This document shows, in pieces, positions 13,371 through 27,880 of a stretch of DNA of 64,000 nt (position 1 is the stretch's first letter; every line of letters begins with the position of its first letter). The DNA comes from Eledone cirrhosa (lineage: Eukaryota): the NCBI GenBank assembly GCA_964016885.1, contig OZ024762.1:16864001-16928000 (forward strand). The letters run 5' to 3'. A program made the position numbers and the translations under genes. A model generated the notes under the pieces. The model was not told the origin of the DNA and did not search any database. It saw only the letters and a list, made by a program, of their open reading frames with translations.

Positions 13371-13964
13371 AATGCCCAACACCCACCATATGTCCTTATA
13401 GCACCCCTACAACTCAATCAAGAATTACAGGGCTCCATATATATATAGGCAGTGAAATAACCAGTCACATACTGGGGTCAATTCTTCATCCATCTCTCTT
13501 TCTCTTTCTCTATTCCTCTCTCTCCTTCTCTGGAAGAAATCCTCTGAGTTCAGACCTGGAGAGAGGAGATGGACTCTACGAGGTTTAACATTCCCCAGAC
13601 ATGCTGTGTCAAGATAGCACCCCTTTTGACCCCAGCAAAAGTTTAGGGCCTGACACTGTCAGTGGCATATCTATGTTTAGTTGCCCTCTATTCACAGTTC
13701 CAAATACCATTCCAGTTAGTCTGATCTGAGAGAAGACATGTTACATATTAGAATATTTGATAATTGGATAACTACCAGCTACCAACTTCATTTTCTATTA
13801 CTATACAGCTCTATCTAAACAGAAATACTTTATGTTCTTACATACAACTTTAATATTACTCATGCTGGAAAATATAAATAAACATTTTCATATCTGTATT
13901 CAAAATACCTTTCAGTAACAATTTTTTTTTCAATTTCAGCTTTATTAGTTATATATATATATAT

Positions 13965-14178
13965 ATTAGAAATTATAAGCTTTCACCGTATTTTAGACTA
14001 AAGAAATTTCTAACCTGATAGTGGGGTTTATAACCCTCGGAGAAATGGAAAAAAATGAGTGTTGCCGTACATGGACGGCAACACTCATCTTTTTCCATTT
14101 CGCCGAGGGTTATAAACCCCACTATCAGGCTAGAAATTTCTTTAGTCTAAAATACGGTGAAAGCTTATAATTTCTAAT
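13965..14178. repeat. ~210-bp near-perfect fold-back palindrome next to (TA)n
   Basis: Arms attagaaattataagc...gttgccgt and acggcaac...gcttataatttctaat, centred near 14070. Confidence 0.92.
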
Positions 14179-14269
14179 TTCTAATTTCAAACTCGCGCAC
14201 CGTTTTAAAAACATACTTACATGTTTACGTTTATAATTTGCTTGTATATATATATATATTATTATTATT

Positions 14270-14578
14270 ATTCGCCCACTCCATTCACATGTAGAGTGCA
14301 CTGCGTAGGCTTCCTTGAGAGGACGAGTGTCTCACTTTTCGCATCACTGATTTTCCTTCCAGCCATGCAGCACTCAGCATCAAACCTATCAAGTGCAAGT
14401 TTGGAGATCACCTTCTGTCGAGTTAAGTAACACCATGTCCGACTCCCACATTGAATGGTTTCAATTTAGCACCATTTATCTGAAAACAAATACTTGGGGC
14501 ATTCGTATAGAGACATCAGTGCAGCAAAAAAGCTGACCGTTGGCCCCGTACTCATGCTGCATCTTCCACAGCACCGGC
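14270..14578 (-). mobile_element. Degenerate Expander/Rex3-like RTE reverse-transcriptase fragment
   Basis: Minus-strand translation: LWKMQHEYGANG...FNVGVG...LALDRFDAECCMAGRKISDAKSETLVLSRKP. Confidence 0.7.
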
Positions 14579-14580
14579 TT

Positions 14581-14609
<29 letters not shown>

Positions 14610-14616
<7 letters not shown>

Positions 14617-14830
14617 GTGTATTTTGCAATACACTGTATGCTTAATTAAAAGCATTTCGAAGACCTTACGCTATTGTTTTAGGGTAGTGACAGTCTTACT
14701 TTAAATTTTCAGCAAGCTGTTTGCTGAAAATTTAAAGTAAGTGACAATGTCACTACTCTAAAACAATAGCGTAAGGTCTTCGAAATACTTTTAATTAAGC
14801 ATACAGTGTATTGCAAAATACACTATATAT
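14610..14830. repeat. Fold-back inverted repeat between (TA)n tracts
   Basis: Arms agtgtattttgcaatacactg...ttcagcaa and ttgctgaa...cagtgtattgcaaaatacact. Confidence 0.9.
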
Positions 14831-14867
14831 ATACATTCATATATATATCGCTATTTCAGAGCACCAA

Positions 14868-14911
<44 letters not shown>

Positions 14912-14995
14912 AAAGGCAAACAGAAATAACAACACAATCGGTACAGTATATGGAAGGAATATATTAGGTTAACACTTGAAATAGCAGGAAGAGGG

Positions 14996-15031
14996 TCTTA
15001 ACGTTTCAGACGCTAGTCCTTCATCAGAAGA
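14996..15031 (-). ncRNA. Minimal type I hammerhead ribozyme motif (Penelope-like, family A)
   Basis: Reverse complement reads tctt-CTGATGA-ag gactagcgt ct-GAAA-cg-TT-aaga, with a palindromic stem III. Confidence 0.65.
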
Positions 15032-15291
15032 AAGAATGAGAAATAAGATAGATTGAGGGGACGGGTAGGTTGGAATTGGAAAAAAAATGTCTTTAAATAA
15101 AACTAACAGGTCCATTTATGTTGACATCTAACAAAGAGGGTGTGGTAAGATACCAGGTGGACCAAACGCACCAGAGTACTCAATACTTAGGGTAGTAGAG
15201 TGGATAATAGGAAAAGAGTCTGGACACCGGCATAGTTCGGATCTAGCTGTCGAAATGTCCGGAGCTCAGCTGTCGGGGTCCTAACTCTTTT

Positions 15292-15338
<47 letters not shown>

Positions 15339-15404
15339 GTAGGTCCCGGGTTGAGTCGGGGATAACCACAGTAAGTAAGGTACTCAATACATGGCAGAGT
15401 AAAA

Positions 15405-15578
15405 TTTTTTTATTTTATAGAAGGAGCTTCTACAGGACTAGTACTGTTTCATTCAGATGAAATCTAAAGATGAAACAACAAGAGGAGGAAGACATTGTTT
15501 AATAAGGGCTTCCTGAAGATTTCATCTGAATGAAACAGTACTAGTCCTGTAGAAGCTCCTTCTATAAAATAAAAAAAA
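15405..15578. repeat. Fold-back element with degenerate hammerhead core in the right arm
   Basis: Arms ttttatagaaggagcttctacagg...gatgaaatc and gatttcatc...cctgtagaagctccttctataaaa; ctgaaga-ttcatctgaa-gaaa-ca-gta at about 15513-15540. Confidence 0.8.
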
Positions 15579-15825
15579 AAATATATATATATATATATAT
15601 ATGCAAAAGTTTTATTTAAAATTGTTGGGTTACAACAAGTAAATATTTTATAACTGATATAAAGCACTCAACAAGTTTTGGAGTAGATATACGATATTAA
15701 ACAAATTAACTGTGCTTAACACTAAATATTTATAAACATCTCACTACCAAACCAACTTCTTACATGGAAGTTGATCAATATTTATGGTACGTCAAAATTA
15801 TTTATAAAACTGCTTATATATTGTA

Positions 15826-15887
15826 TTTTATCTGAAGAAGGCATGCCATATTTTTAATTTGGTATCCCCGAAATATGTATAATGAAA
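15826..15887 (+). ncRNA. Type I hammerhead ribozyme motif (family B)
   Basis: ttttat-CTGAAGA-stem II (atgcca/tggtat)-GAAA-tatgta-TA-atgaaa. Confidence 0.55.
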
Positions 15888-16101
15888 TAAATATGGTTTT
15901 ATAAATATAGTTTCCATTTGTTTAATATCGTATATATATATATATATTTATATGAAATATATGAAATATATATATATTTATATATACATTCTGCATACAA
16001 GGATGCAATTCAATTCTAGCACTCAATGTCCTATTACTTCCTAAAACAAGGATGCCGGAGTATATTAATAAAGAGGAGAATGCGAAGTTGAAGATGTTAG
16101 G

Positions 16102-16140
<39 letters not shown>

Positions 16141-16664
16141 ACTGATGATATATATATAGTACTTTTAATAACTAAAGAGTAGAGCATACACACATATATA
16201 TATATATACATATATATGTGTGTATGCTCTACTCTTTAGTTATTATATATATACATATATATATACATATATGTAGATAAATCTACCAAGAGTTTACGGT
16301 AGTGTCCAATCCGTATGAAGAACTCAATGTAATCCGGATATCATGGAAAGAAGAGATGCATTCAAAAATCACTTTCGGTGAAAGATAAACGGAATACAGA
16401 GTCAAGATAAAATATATATATATTTTATTTTATTTTATTTTATTTTATATACATATATATTTTATATACATATATATATATATAAGAAGATTTTAAAAGA
16501 TGGTTAAAAGAGTTCCATGTATTTTATTATGCGCATTTCAAAAACAAATATCATCCTGGGAGGATATTTGCGTTCTCATCAGATAAAATAGGGAGACATG
16601 ATATGATGCCTAAAAAAACACTTGTGAACAAGGTAGTGTCTAATCAACAATAAAACTCACTTCC

Positions 16665-16709
<45 letters not shown>

Positions 16710-16823
16710 TATTAAGGATACTATTTATGGTTATGTATATACTAAAACTTATATATATTTTAAAACTTATATATATTTTAAACCCTAAACAGTGAAAGAC
16801 AGTAATTTATTACTACCTTATTA

Positions 16824-16876
<53 letters not shown>

Positions 16877-17309
16877 GTTTTGTTAACTAAAGATGAAACA
16901 ACAAGAGGAGGAAGACATTGTTTAATAAGAAGCAGGATTTAGTTGTACTTCACTATTGAAACTGTTCAGAGAACACTCTACCTATTAACTGAAAAATAAT
17001 TTTCTTCTCACAATTAACAAATGACTCTGTTCCAACAAGTGACATGACAAATTTACCATCATTAACTTTGGCATTTACCGACTTTATTATCATTATTATT
17101 TCATTTGAAAAGGAAAATCAGGGTAGAGAGGGAAGTGCTCTCCTCCCAGCAATTTGTTGAAAGATGGGTGAGAGAGGCAAGCATGGTCCGAGTGAATGGG
17201 CCTACTCTGAGTATGCTCCTGCAGATTGGCACTTGCCCTGGTGGTCAGGGTCACCGTGGCTTTTTTATGGGCTTTCTCCACGAGAAAGAGAGGGTCGTGG
17301 GGGCTGAAT

Positions 17310-17418
17310 CTCTCAAACACTTCTTCCAGCGGATCCTGTCAGAAGCAGCTGTCTCCAACTGATCCGGCTGGATTCCCAAGTGAGACCAGCCAAGCTCATG
17401 GATGTTATCCAACCATAT
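17310..17418 (-). mobile_element. Expander/Rex3-like RTE 3' fragment
   Basis: Homologous to 8395-8490 and 6000-6095. Confidence 0.7.
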
Positions 17419-17523
17419 TGGATTGTGTGAGACGGAAAGGTTTTATCATGTCACCACAAAGAAGTAGTTGACTTGAATAATAACAGTAGTAGTTGTAGTG
17501 AATATATATATATATGTATATAT

Positions 17524-17866
17524 GGAGGCACATGGCTTAGTGGTTAGAGCATTGGGCTTGCAATCGAAAGGTTGTGAGTTCAATTCTTAGACCGGGTGAT
17601 GTGTTGTTTCCTTGAGCAAGACACTTTATTTCACATTGCTCCAGTTTACTCAGCTGTAGAAATGAGATGATAGGGACTGGGGTCCCTATCATTCCACTGC
17701 AAAGTGGTCATGGAGGTGCCACGGCAAAAAAGCACCCAGCACTCACTGTAGATGAGGTTGGTGTTAGGAAGGGCATCCAGCTGTAGAAATCAAGCCAAAA
17801 TCAGTTCCCGTCCCACCCTTGCAAGCAAGGAAAAAAGTGGACGTAAAATGAAATGATGATGATGAT
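17524..17866 (+). mobile_element. Full-length tRNA-derived CORE-type SINE
   Basis: A box tggcttagtgg, B box gagttcaattc, CORE-like ccttgagcaagacactt and RTE-type tail ggacgtaaaa(tga)n; sits in (TA)n. Confidence 0.85.
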
Positions 17867-18432
17867 ATATATATATGGTAAATTGAATTCTGATGACTGA
17901 AGACAAACATGGTGTTTTTATTAAATATATATTTTATTTAATATTTATTAAAATAACAGATTAAAGTTTAAGCAAAGAATCACTGCTTCCACCCTTAACG
18001 GGATCTTCTGAAACTAACAAAGTTAATCTGTAAACGCAGAAGTGAATATTTCAAAAAAACGTTGCAACCGGAGGAAGACAGGAAGACGATACTTTGGTTC
18101 GTGGAAACGTTCTCTGGCAAAGAACGGGAAAAATTGAATATAATACGTCATTATTTGAAGCGGTGAAAAACAATTACACGCAAAGACAAAACCACGTTTA
18201 TGGTATAAAAGAAGTCGTAGACTAATATTCTATTAGGTGGTTCATAGAGACGTTCTCTGGCAATGAACGGAAAAAAACGAAGATAATACGTCATTATGTG
18301 GTGCGGTGAGAACAATTGAACGCAAAGACAAAACCACGTAAATGGTATAATTATTATTACTATTATTATTACTATTATTATTATTATTACTATTTTATTT
18401 AATATATATTTAATAAAACACCATGTTGTTTA

Positions 18433-18493
18433 TTCATTCTGACGACTGAAGGCAGACATAACATCTGCCTTCAAGAAACCACTGGTAAATGAA
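18433..18493 (+). ncRNA. Type I hammerhead ribozyme motif (family C)
   Basis: ttcatt-CTGACGA-c tgaaggcaga cataaca tctgccttca a-GAAA-ccactgg-TA-aatgaa: 6-bp stem I, 10-bp stem II and a GUA triplet. Confidence 0.75.
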
Positions 18494-19111
18494 ATAATTA
18501 TTTTATGTTTTTATTACATAACTATATATATATATATATATATATAAATACATAGTCCACGCTGTAATGTGGCCGTGTAGGTAACACGGTAAAAAGCTCC
18601 CAGTCCACACTGTAAATGTGGTTGGTGTTAGGAAGGGCATCCAGCTGTAGAAAACCTGCCAGATAGTCCTATATGAGCGAGACACGGTCACCTGACCAAC
18701 CTTGCCTCAAGTAGGACAACTCTCGTCTAACCCATGCTAGCGTGGAAGATAGACGTTAAACGATGATGATGATATATATATATATATTCGTGAGTGAATA
18801 ATAAGTGTTTCTACTTTTGGCACAAGGCCAGCAATTACCCTAGTGCATTACTGGTACTTTATTTTATCAACCCTGTAAGGATGAAAGGTAAAGCTAATGT
18901 AGGCGGGATTTAAACTCAGAACGTAAAGGGCCATGACTGTGCTGTAAAGCATGGTGTCTGACTCCCTACCCCATACCAATGCACCAATCAAATAAATAAT
19001 AATAATATTATTAACATTCGGTCTGTTAGCAAGTAAACAGCCTCGTTAACACCACTTCATCTTTTGTTCCAGTGGCGGCACACAAACTGAATAGTGATAT
19101 CATTTTTCATA

Positions 19112-20182
19112 CCACCACACCACACCACACCACATCACAATACACCACACCACACCACATCACACCACACCACACTACACCACACTACCCTACACAACAC
19201 CACACCACACCACACTACACCACACTACCCTACACTATACCACACTACACTACACTACACCACACCACATCACACTACACCACACTACACTATACCACAC
19301 CACACCACACCACACTACACTACACCACACCACACCACACATCACACTATACCACACCACACCACACTACACTATACCACACCACACTACACCACACCAC
19401 ACATCACACCACACCACACCACACTACCCTACACTATACCACACCACACTACACTACACCACACCACACCACACCACACATCACACTACACCACACCACA
19501 TCACACTACACCACCCTACACTATACCACACCACACTACACCACACCACACCACACCACACCACACCACACCACACTATACCACACCACACTAAACCACA
19601 CCACACCACACACTACACCACACCACACTACACCACACCACACTACACTAAACCACACCACACTAAACAACACCACACTACACTAAAGCACACCACGCTA
19701 CACCACACCACACCACACTACACTAAACCACACCACACCACACTACACTACACCACACCAGACTACACTAAACCACACTACACCACACTACACTAAACCA
19801 CACTACACCACACCACACTACACTACACTAAACCACACCACACCACACTACACTACACCACACTACACCACACTACACTAAACCACACTACACTACACTA
19901 AACCACACCACACCACACTACACTACACTACACTACACCACACCACACCACACCACACCACACCACACTACACTAAACCACACTACACCACACTACACCA
20001 CACCACACCCCACCACACCACACTACACCACACTACACCACACCACACCACACTACACTACACTACACTACACCACACCAGACTACACCACACCAGACTA
20101 CACCACACCACACCACACTACACCACACCACACCACACCATACCACCCCACACCACACCCCACCCCACCACACCACCGCACC
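19112..20182. repeat. (CACAC/CTACA)n pentanucleotide satellite
   Basis: Seen directly. Confidence 0.95.
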
Positions 20183-20865
20183 TCAAAACCAGCTCAGGTT
20201 CTAAGAAAGAAAAATGAAACCCATTTTAAAGGGTTCTTATTTAACACTTTTGATGCCATCCCAGTTGCTTAAAACCAGCTCTGGTTCTGTGAAACAAAAC
20301 CCCACCCATTTTAAAGGGTGTCTACATATAATGTGTGGAATACTCAGCCACGTATATTCAGTAAGAGTACACGTGTCTGTGGGAATACTCAACCCTGTTG
20401 ATTGAACAACTGAATGGTTGTCATGGAAACCTACAGAAGAGGAGGAGGCACTCACCACATTAGAACAACAATTATTGTTTTCCCCTTTGAACTTGTCATC
20501 CCTAATTTGTCTCACTCTAAACCCTATCCCCCAGTCTTTCCTAACCAGATTCGTAGCTCAGCTCCCAACCAACCACCCCCAGTTTTCTTTTGGGGAGCGG
20601 AGGTGGTTTAAATTCTCTTTCCATCGACATCCCCCCCCCCCTTACAGGCAATCACCATCCAAAAGCACAGAATTTCAAATTGAACCTAAACCTAATTGCC
20701 ATCCCCTACCCCTCTGGTTGGGGTGTGGTGTGTATATAAAGGTCAGGGTTCCTAGCTCCCTTCTTCCTCTGTCTAAATATAGTTCAAAAGTTGTTCATAA
20801 ACTAAATAGCATTTCACTGAATTCATTAATGAACAGAACTTTATATTATATATATATATATATAT

Positions 20866-21179
20866 GTTGTTTCCTTGAGCAAGACACTTTATTTCACATT
20901 GCTCCAGTTTACTCAGCTGTAGAAATGAGATGATAGGACTGGGGTCCATATCATTCCACTGCAAAGTGGTCGTGGAGGTGCCACGGCAAAAAAGCACCCA
21001 GCCCAGACTGTAAAGTGGACGTGTAGGCGCCACAGAAAAAAAAAAGCACCCAGCACTCACTGTAAATGAGGTTGGTGTTAGGGAGGGCATCCAGCTGTAG
21101 AAATCAAGTCAGAATCAGTTCCCATCCCACCTTTGCAAGCAGGGAAAAGCAGACGTAAAATGATGATGATGATGATGAT
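20866..21179 (+). mobile_element. 5'-truncated CORE-type SINE with an extra internal module
   Basis: Same family as 17524, with an added ~50-bp module near 21001-21050. Confidence 0.8.
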
Positions 21180-21287
21180 ATATATATATATATAACATCA
21201 AGACCCTCTTCCTGCTATATCAAGCGTTAACCTAATATATCCCTTCCATATACTGTACTGATTGTGTTGTTATTTCTGTTTACCTTT

Positions 21288-21319
<32 letters not shown>

Positions 21320-21840
21320 CGGCCCCATACGACTCTATCAGGAGTTACGGGACCATGCCATACCACCATATATATATATATATATATATATGGTGGTAAG
21401 GTATGGTCTCATAACTCCTGATAGAGTCGTAGGGGGCCGTATTGACATATGGCGTTTCTTGGTGTATTTTAAGCCTGGCAGAGCTTATCCCTCTCCAGAC
21501 CTGAGAACAGCAGTTTTCTTCCAGAGAAAGATAGGCAATGAGAGACAAGAAATGAGAAAGAGAGATAAAGAAAGAATCAACCCCAGTACTTGACAGGTAC
21601 TTTTTTTTTTATCGATCTCAAAAGGATGATAGGCAAAGTTGACCTTTTCAACCGTTGAAAATTGCAAACTTGACTGTCACCACAGAATATGAACCTGAAG
21701 ATTGCGAAAGCATGATAGTACTTGTTCAATTAACACTTAACATTTAATATTCTACCATACTATTTCATTCTAATACCATTATAAATTTTAAAGGATTGTA
21801 AATAAAACGAGTAAATCAGACAAAGTTGGAATTCCTTTTA

Positions 21841-21888
<48 letters not shown>

Positions 21889-22137
21889 AAATATATATAT
21901 ATATAAAATATATATATATATACACACAGATAAAGAGAGAGAAAAAGAGAGATTATTTCATTTATGTAACCAGACTCGTAATGAAAGATAACTTAATTAA
22001 GGAAGGGGAGTTACCTCCCACTAGTTACCCACATTTATATAGATATATATACAACTTATATACATATATATAGTATATATACATATATATAATATATATA
22101 CACATATATATATATATAAATATATTATATATACATA

Positions 22138-24384
22138 TGTGTCAAGGAAAACCGTGATATTGTCGGAAAGAAGTGTGTCCGTAATGATAACGGTGTACTT
22201 GCCCTCACTGATGCTGATAAGAAGATAGCCTGGAAGTGTCACTACAAGAGACTATTAAATGAGGAGAATAAATGGGAAAAAGATAGTTTGCCCCAAATCG
22301 ATCCAATAGAAGGACCAGCGGTGCAAGTTAAAGGTAGTATAATAAGTAAGGCAATCAAAGATATGAAGACAGGCAAGGCAGCTGGGCCTTCGGAGATAGT
22401 TGCTGAGATGTTGAAGGCATCTGGAATGGTGGGACATACTATGGTCACCCGTATTAACCAAGTAGTTAACCAAGTAATACAGAATGGGGTCATACCAAAA
22501 GACTGGCGTAGCATCATCATCATTAACTGCTACAAAGGTAAACGAGATGCTCTAGATAGAGGAAACTATAGAGGCACTAAGTTAGTTGACCAGGTCATGA
22601 AGGTCACAGAAAGAGTTATAGCGCAACTAATCAGAGAGCGAATTGATCTAGATGAAATGCAGTTTGGGTTTATGTCAGGTAAAAGTACCACAGACGCTCT
22701 TTTCCTTGTACGACAACTACAAGAGAAGTACCTAACTAACAGTAAACCCCTCTACTTAGCTTTTGTAGACCTCGAGAAAGCCTTTGACAGAATGCTCCGC
22801 TCCATTATCTGGTGGGTTCTTAGAAAACTAGGTGTAGATGAATGGCTTGTGAGAGCTATACAAGCTATGTATAATGAAACAGTCAGTAAGGTTAGAATTA
22901 ACAATGAATATTATGAAGAATTTAGTGTAAAAGTTGGTGTTCACCAAGGCTCTGTCCTTAGCCCCCTCCTATTTATTATTGCCCTTCAGGCTATAACAGA
23001 GGAGTTCAAGACTCCTATACATGGGTACTCCTATACGCAGATGATCTAACGCTCATAGCTGAATCGATGGCTGAACTAGAGAAGAAATTCCAAACATGGA
23101 AGCATGGCCTAGAATCAAAAGGCCTTAAAGTTAACTTGTCTAAGACTAAAGTCCTAGTTTGTAGAAAGGAAAATAAGGCACAGGTACCCTCAGGGAAATG
23201 GCCATGCTCAGTGTGTAGGAAAGGAGTAGGCAGAAATTCCATTTTATGTCCCAAATGCAAAGTATGGGTACATAAAAGATGTAGTGGATCACAGGTAAAC
23301 TATCTAAGAACGTAGACTTTATATCTGGCCGATGCTCAGGTAGCAAGTGTCGACAGGATACTAGTTCCTTCTATTGCCCAGATGGTTCTACAGAAATAGT
23401 AGAGACTTTCCGTTACCTGGGTGACAAAATCAGCAGTGGTGGAGGGTGTTCTGAAACTACAGTAGCCAGAGTCAGAACAGAATGGAAAAAGTTCAGAGAG
23501 CTTATACCACTGTTGGCCACAAAAGGTTTCTCTCTAAAAATGAAAGGCAGATTGTATGATGCTTGTATATGAACAGCAATGCTACGTGGCAGTGAGACAT
23601 GGGCATTACGTGCAGAGGACCTGCGTAGACTGGAAAGGAACGAAGCATGCATGCTCCGTTGGATGTGTAATAGTAATATACGTGAACGGCAAAGCATAAA
23701 TGAACGAAGTGAGAAATTAGGAATAAGAGGGATCAGATGCTGTTTACTTGAGAGAAGACTTTGTCGGTATGGCCACGTGATGCGCATGAAAGACGACAGC
23801 TGTATAAAAAAGTGCAGGGTGATCAAAATTGATGGTAGTTACGGAGTAGGTAGACCCAGAAAAACCTGGGACGATCTGATAAATTCCGACCTTACACACT
23901 TGCACCTCTCTAAGACAATGTCACTGGACCGAGATCTTTGGCGCTATGCAGTAATACAGAAGACCCGCCTTGCCTATGTACGAAGCAAAACCTACAGTCA
24001 GTAGGTACCTCTTAATCAAATATACACCCCAATCCACTACCCCTACCCTATCCTCCCACTCCCACCAACACCACCCTCTCTCTGTAAAGTTGGTACCACA
24101 ACATCCAGTCCAAATGAATGAGATCGAGATCGTGTAGGTGTCACGAGAAAAAACACACACAGTCCACGCTGTAATGTGGTCGTGTAGGTAACACAGTAAA
24201 AAGTTCCCAGTTCCACACTGTAAATGTGGTTGGCGTTAGGAAGGGCATCCAGCCGTAGAAAACCTGCCAGATAGTCCTATATGAGTGAGACACAGTCACC
24301 CGACCAACCTTGCCTCAAGTGGGACAACTCCCGTCTAACCCATGCTAGCATGGAAGATGGACGTTAAATGAAGATGATGATGAT
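22138..24384 (+). mobile_element. 5'-truncated RTE LINE (RT, thumb and 3'UTR), frameshifted
   Basis: RT motifs GKAAGPSEI, QFGF...STTDA, AFVDLEKAFD, GVHQGSVLSPLLF and YADD, several frameshifts or stops, and a 3'UTR ending (gat)n. Begins inside a (TA)n tract. Confidence 0.93.
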
Positions 24385-24504
24385 ATATCTATCTACCCCT
24401 CTCTCTCTCATATATATATCCATATATATATATCATCATCATCGTTTAACGTCTATCTTCCACGTTAGCATGGGTTTAGAATATATATATATATATATAT
24501 ATTT

Positions 24505-24840
24505 GGAGGCACATGACTTAGTGGTTAGAGCATTGGGCTTGCAATCGAAAGATTGTGAGTTCAATTCTCAGACTGGGTGATGTGTTGTTTCCTTGAGCAA
24601 GACACTTTATTTCACATTGCTCCAATTTACTCAGCTGTAGAAATGAGATGATAGGGACTGGGGTCCCTATCATTCCACTGCAAAGTGGTCATGGAGGTGC
24701 CACGGCAAAAAAGCACCCAGCACTCACTGTAAATGAGGTTGGTGTTAGGAAGGGCATCCAGCTGTAGAAATCAAGCCAGAATCAGTTCCCGTCCCACCCT
24801 TGCAAGCAGGGAAAAGCGGTCGTAAAATGATGATGATGAT

Positions 24841-24843
<3 letters not shown>
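24505..24843 (+). mobile_element. Full-length CORE-type SINE
   Basis: Same structure as 17524. Confidence 0.85.
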
Positions 24844-24874
<31 letters not shown>

Positions 24875-24951
24875 AATATATGAATATATGACACTTTTAA
24901 TCCAATGCTGTAACAACTCTGCCAATTTGCTGCCAGGTATGATATTGAATG

Positions 24952-26462
24952 AAGGCTGTGAAGTAGTAGAGTCGTTAGAACCTTCGTTAAAATACTTTAT
25001 GGTATTCGTTCTGGCCCTCTGCTCTCTGAGTTCAAATCCTGCTGAGGTCAATTTTGCCTTTCATCCATTCGAGGTCAATAAAAAAAGTACCAGTCTAGTA
25101 CTGGGGTTGATACTTCTTATATATCTCTTTTTCTCTTCCTATCTCTGTCTATCTTTCTCTGGAAGAAATCTGCTGTACTCAGTCCTGGAGAGGAGATAGG
25201 TTCCGCGAGGTTTAAAAAGTACCCTAGAAACACTGTATGTCAATACAGCACCTGTATGACTCCCTCGGGAGTGATGGGACTGACTGTGTATACACCAGTC
25301 TATTGCTGGGGTCGAGTCTTCATCTAATCTCTGTCACTCTTTCTCCCTTTCTCTCCTTCTCTAGAAGGAATCAGCTGTATTCAGACCTGGAGTAGGGATC
25401 AGCTCTGTCAGGTTCAAAATGTCTAAGACAGGCTTTATATCACAACAGGACCCCTACAACTCCATCAAGACAGGCTGTATGTCACAACAGCACCCCTACA
25501 ACTCCATCAGTAGTTACAGGTCCATCAAGACAGGCTGTATATCACAACAGCACCCCTACAAGTCCATCAAGACAGGCTGTATGTCACAACAGCACCCCTA
25601 CAACTCCATCAGTAGTTACAGGTCCATCAAGACAGGCTGTATATCACAACAGCACCCCTACAACTCCATCAAGACAGGCTGTATGTCACAACAGCACCCC
25701 TACAACTCTATCAGGAGATACAGGTCCATCAAGACAGGCTGTATATCACAACAGCACCCCTACAACTCCAGTAGTTACAGGTCCATCAAGACAGGCTGTA
25801 TATCACAACAGCACCCCTACAACTTGATCAGTAGTTACAGGTCCATCAAGACAGGCTGTATGTCACAACAGCACCCCTACAACTCCAGTAGTTACAGGTC
25901 CATCAAGACAGGCTGTATGTCACAGCAGCACCCCTACAACTCCAGTAGTTACAGGTCCATCAAGACAGGCTGTATATCACAACAGCACCCCTACAACTCC
26001 AGTAGTTACAGGTCCATCAAGACAGGCTGTATGTCACAACAGCACCCCTACAACTCCAGTAGTTACAGGTCCATCAAGACAAGCTGTATATCACAACAGC
26101 ACCCCTACAACTCCAGTAGTTACAGGTCCATCAAGACAGGCTGTATATCACAACAGCACCCCTACAACTCCAGTAGTTACAGGTCCATCAAGACAGGCTG
26201 TATATCACAACAGCATCCCTACAACTCCATTAGTAGTTATGGGACCATGTATGCACCAGTCTATTGCCGGGGTTGATTTTCCATCTAATCTCTGTCTCTC
26301 TTCCTCTCTGTCATTCTTCCTCTCTCTCCTTCTCTGGAAGAAGTCGGCTGTGTACAGACCTGAATGGGAGATTGGCTCCACCAGGTTTAAAAATTGCCCT
26401 AGATACACCCTATGCCAGCCAATATGGGGCTCCTACAATACCCTCAGGGGTATAGGGATTAT
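24952..26462 (+). mobile_element. Meta-type SINE with a reiterated long tail containing a 42/57/60-bp array
   Basis: Meta-like domain at 25030-25105; the tail module accagtct..ggggtcga..tctggaag..aggtttaaaa occurs 3 times; a 15-copy array spans about 25425-26240. Confidence 0.7.
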
Positions 26463-27155
26463 GCAAGCATGATACTGACTAAAGCATAACGCTGGTTGGT
26501 TTCGATGTTGCTTTTTAGGGATGTAACTCAACACCTTGAGTAATGTCATGTAAAGATGTTAGCACGTTCACACATTGAGAGAAAGATATCTTAGAATGAT
26601 GGCACATCAGTGATTAGATCCAGAGATACTTATCTCAATGTAGCAACACAGAATTCTGTCTGATAATTAGCGCTGATATGATGATGGGTGTTGGCTGAAG
26701 GTAGCAAATTACAGGTAGCATGTTACGTAGGTTAAACCCTTTCATTAGAATATTCCTAATGAAAGGCACTGCCCATGATTTAGAAGATATTCTAGAAAAG
26801 AATTTATAAGCATTTAATAATATAACTAAATGTCTCGTTATAAAGCTAGTGTCTGGAACATAACTTAATAAAGGTTCTTACATAAAATTTTGGTGGAAGG
26901 TTTTTAGATAGATATAGGATAAGGATAAAGATCCCATAACTCCTTGTGGAGTCATAGAGGGCCTGTCATATGGTGTGTCGGGAGAGCCCAACCCTCTCCA
27001 AGTTTGAACACAGTCGATTATTTCTTTAGAGGAAGAATCAACCCCAGTACTGGACTGGTACTTTTAAATACTTTGTACCAGAGAACCAAGAAAAGGGATT
27101 TAGATAGCTGGGTAATATGAAATAGATAAATAAATAGACATTATATAGATATAAA

Positions 27156-27186
<31 letters not shown>

Positions 27187-27880
27187 TGTTATACTTTGGG
27201 AGGGTCATGTTGCCAATAAGAAACACACGCACCAGTTGCTTTCACTTCAATTTATTATATATTTATAAATTTAGGAATTTATAAATTTCCGGTTGGTTGG
27301 TTGGTTCCACAACCAGATGGTTGTTTATATATTGTCAAAGGTCTTTCGTCACAAATTCTGTGACCTCTTCAGTGACTGGGATTCTTTTCTTTGTTTTTTG
27401 TGCCTCTCCTTTGTTCTGTCCTACGCCATCTTGTTTATATATATAAATGTCCTACGCCATCTTGTATATATATATATATAAATGAATAAAAATAATGAAT
27501 AAAAACAAAGAAACAGTTCCTTATATTAAAAAATTCGTCATTTTACGATCGTTTGTAGGATATATATGTGTGTTTTTCATCGAAAAAAATTTTGAATAGA
27601 TCTTCTCTTTTCATGATATTTGGATTACATTGAGTTCTTCATACGGATTGGACACTACCGTATATTTTGGTAGATTTATCTACGTATATATCATCATCAT
27701 CATCATCGTTTAACGTCCATATTCCACGCTCGCATGGGTTTGGACGGGAGTTTTCCCACTTGAGGCAAGAGTGGTTGTCTTGCTCGCATAGGACTGTCTG
27801 GTGGGTTTTCTATGGCTGGATGCCCTTCCTAACACCAACCACGTTTACAGTGTGGAACTGGGAGGTTTTTACCATGTTAC

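Noticed and set aside
17524-17595. tRNA gene
   Set aside because: A and B boxes are present, but it is the head of a multi-copy SINE and continues into CORE and LINE-derived sequence.
22138-24004. Active or domesticated reverse transcriptase gene
   Set aside because: 5'-truncated, lacks the endonuclease, and has several frameshifts and stops.
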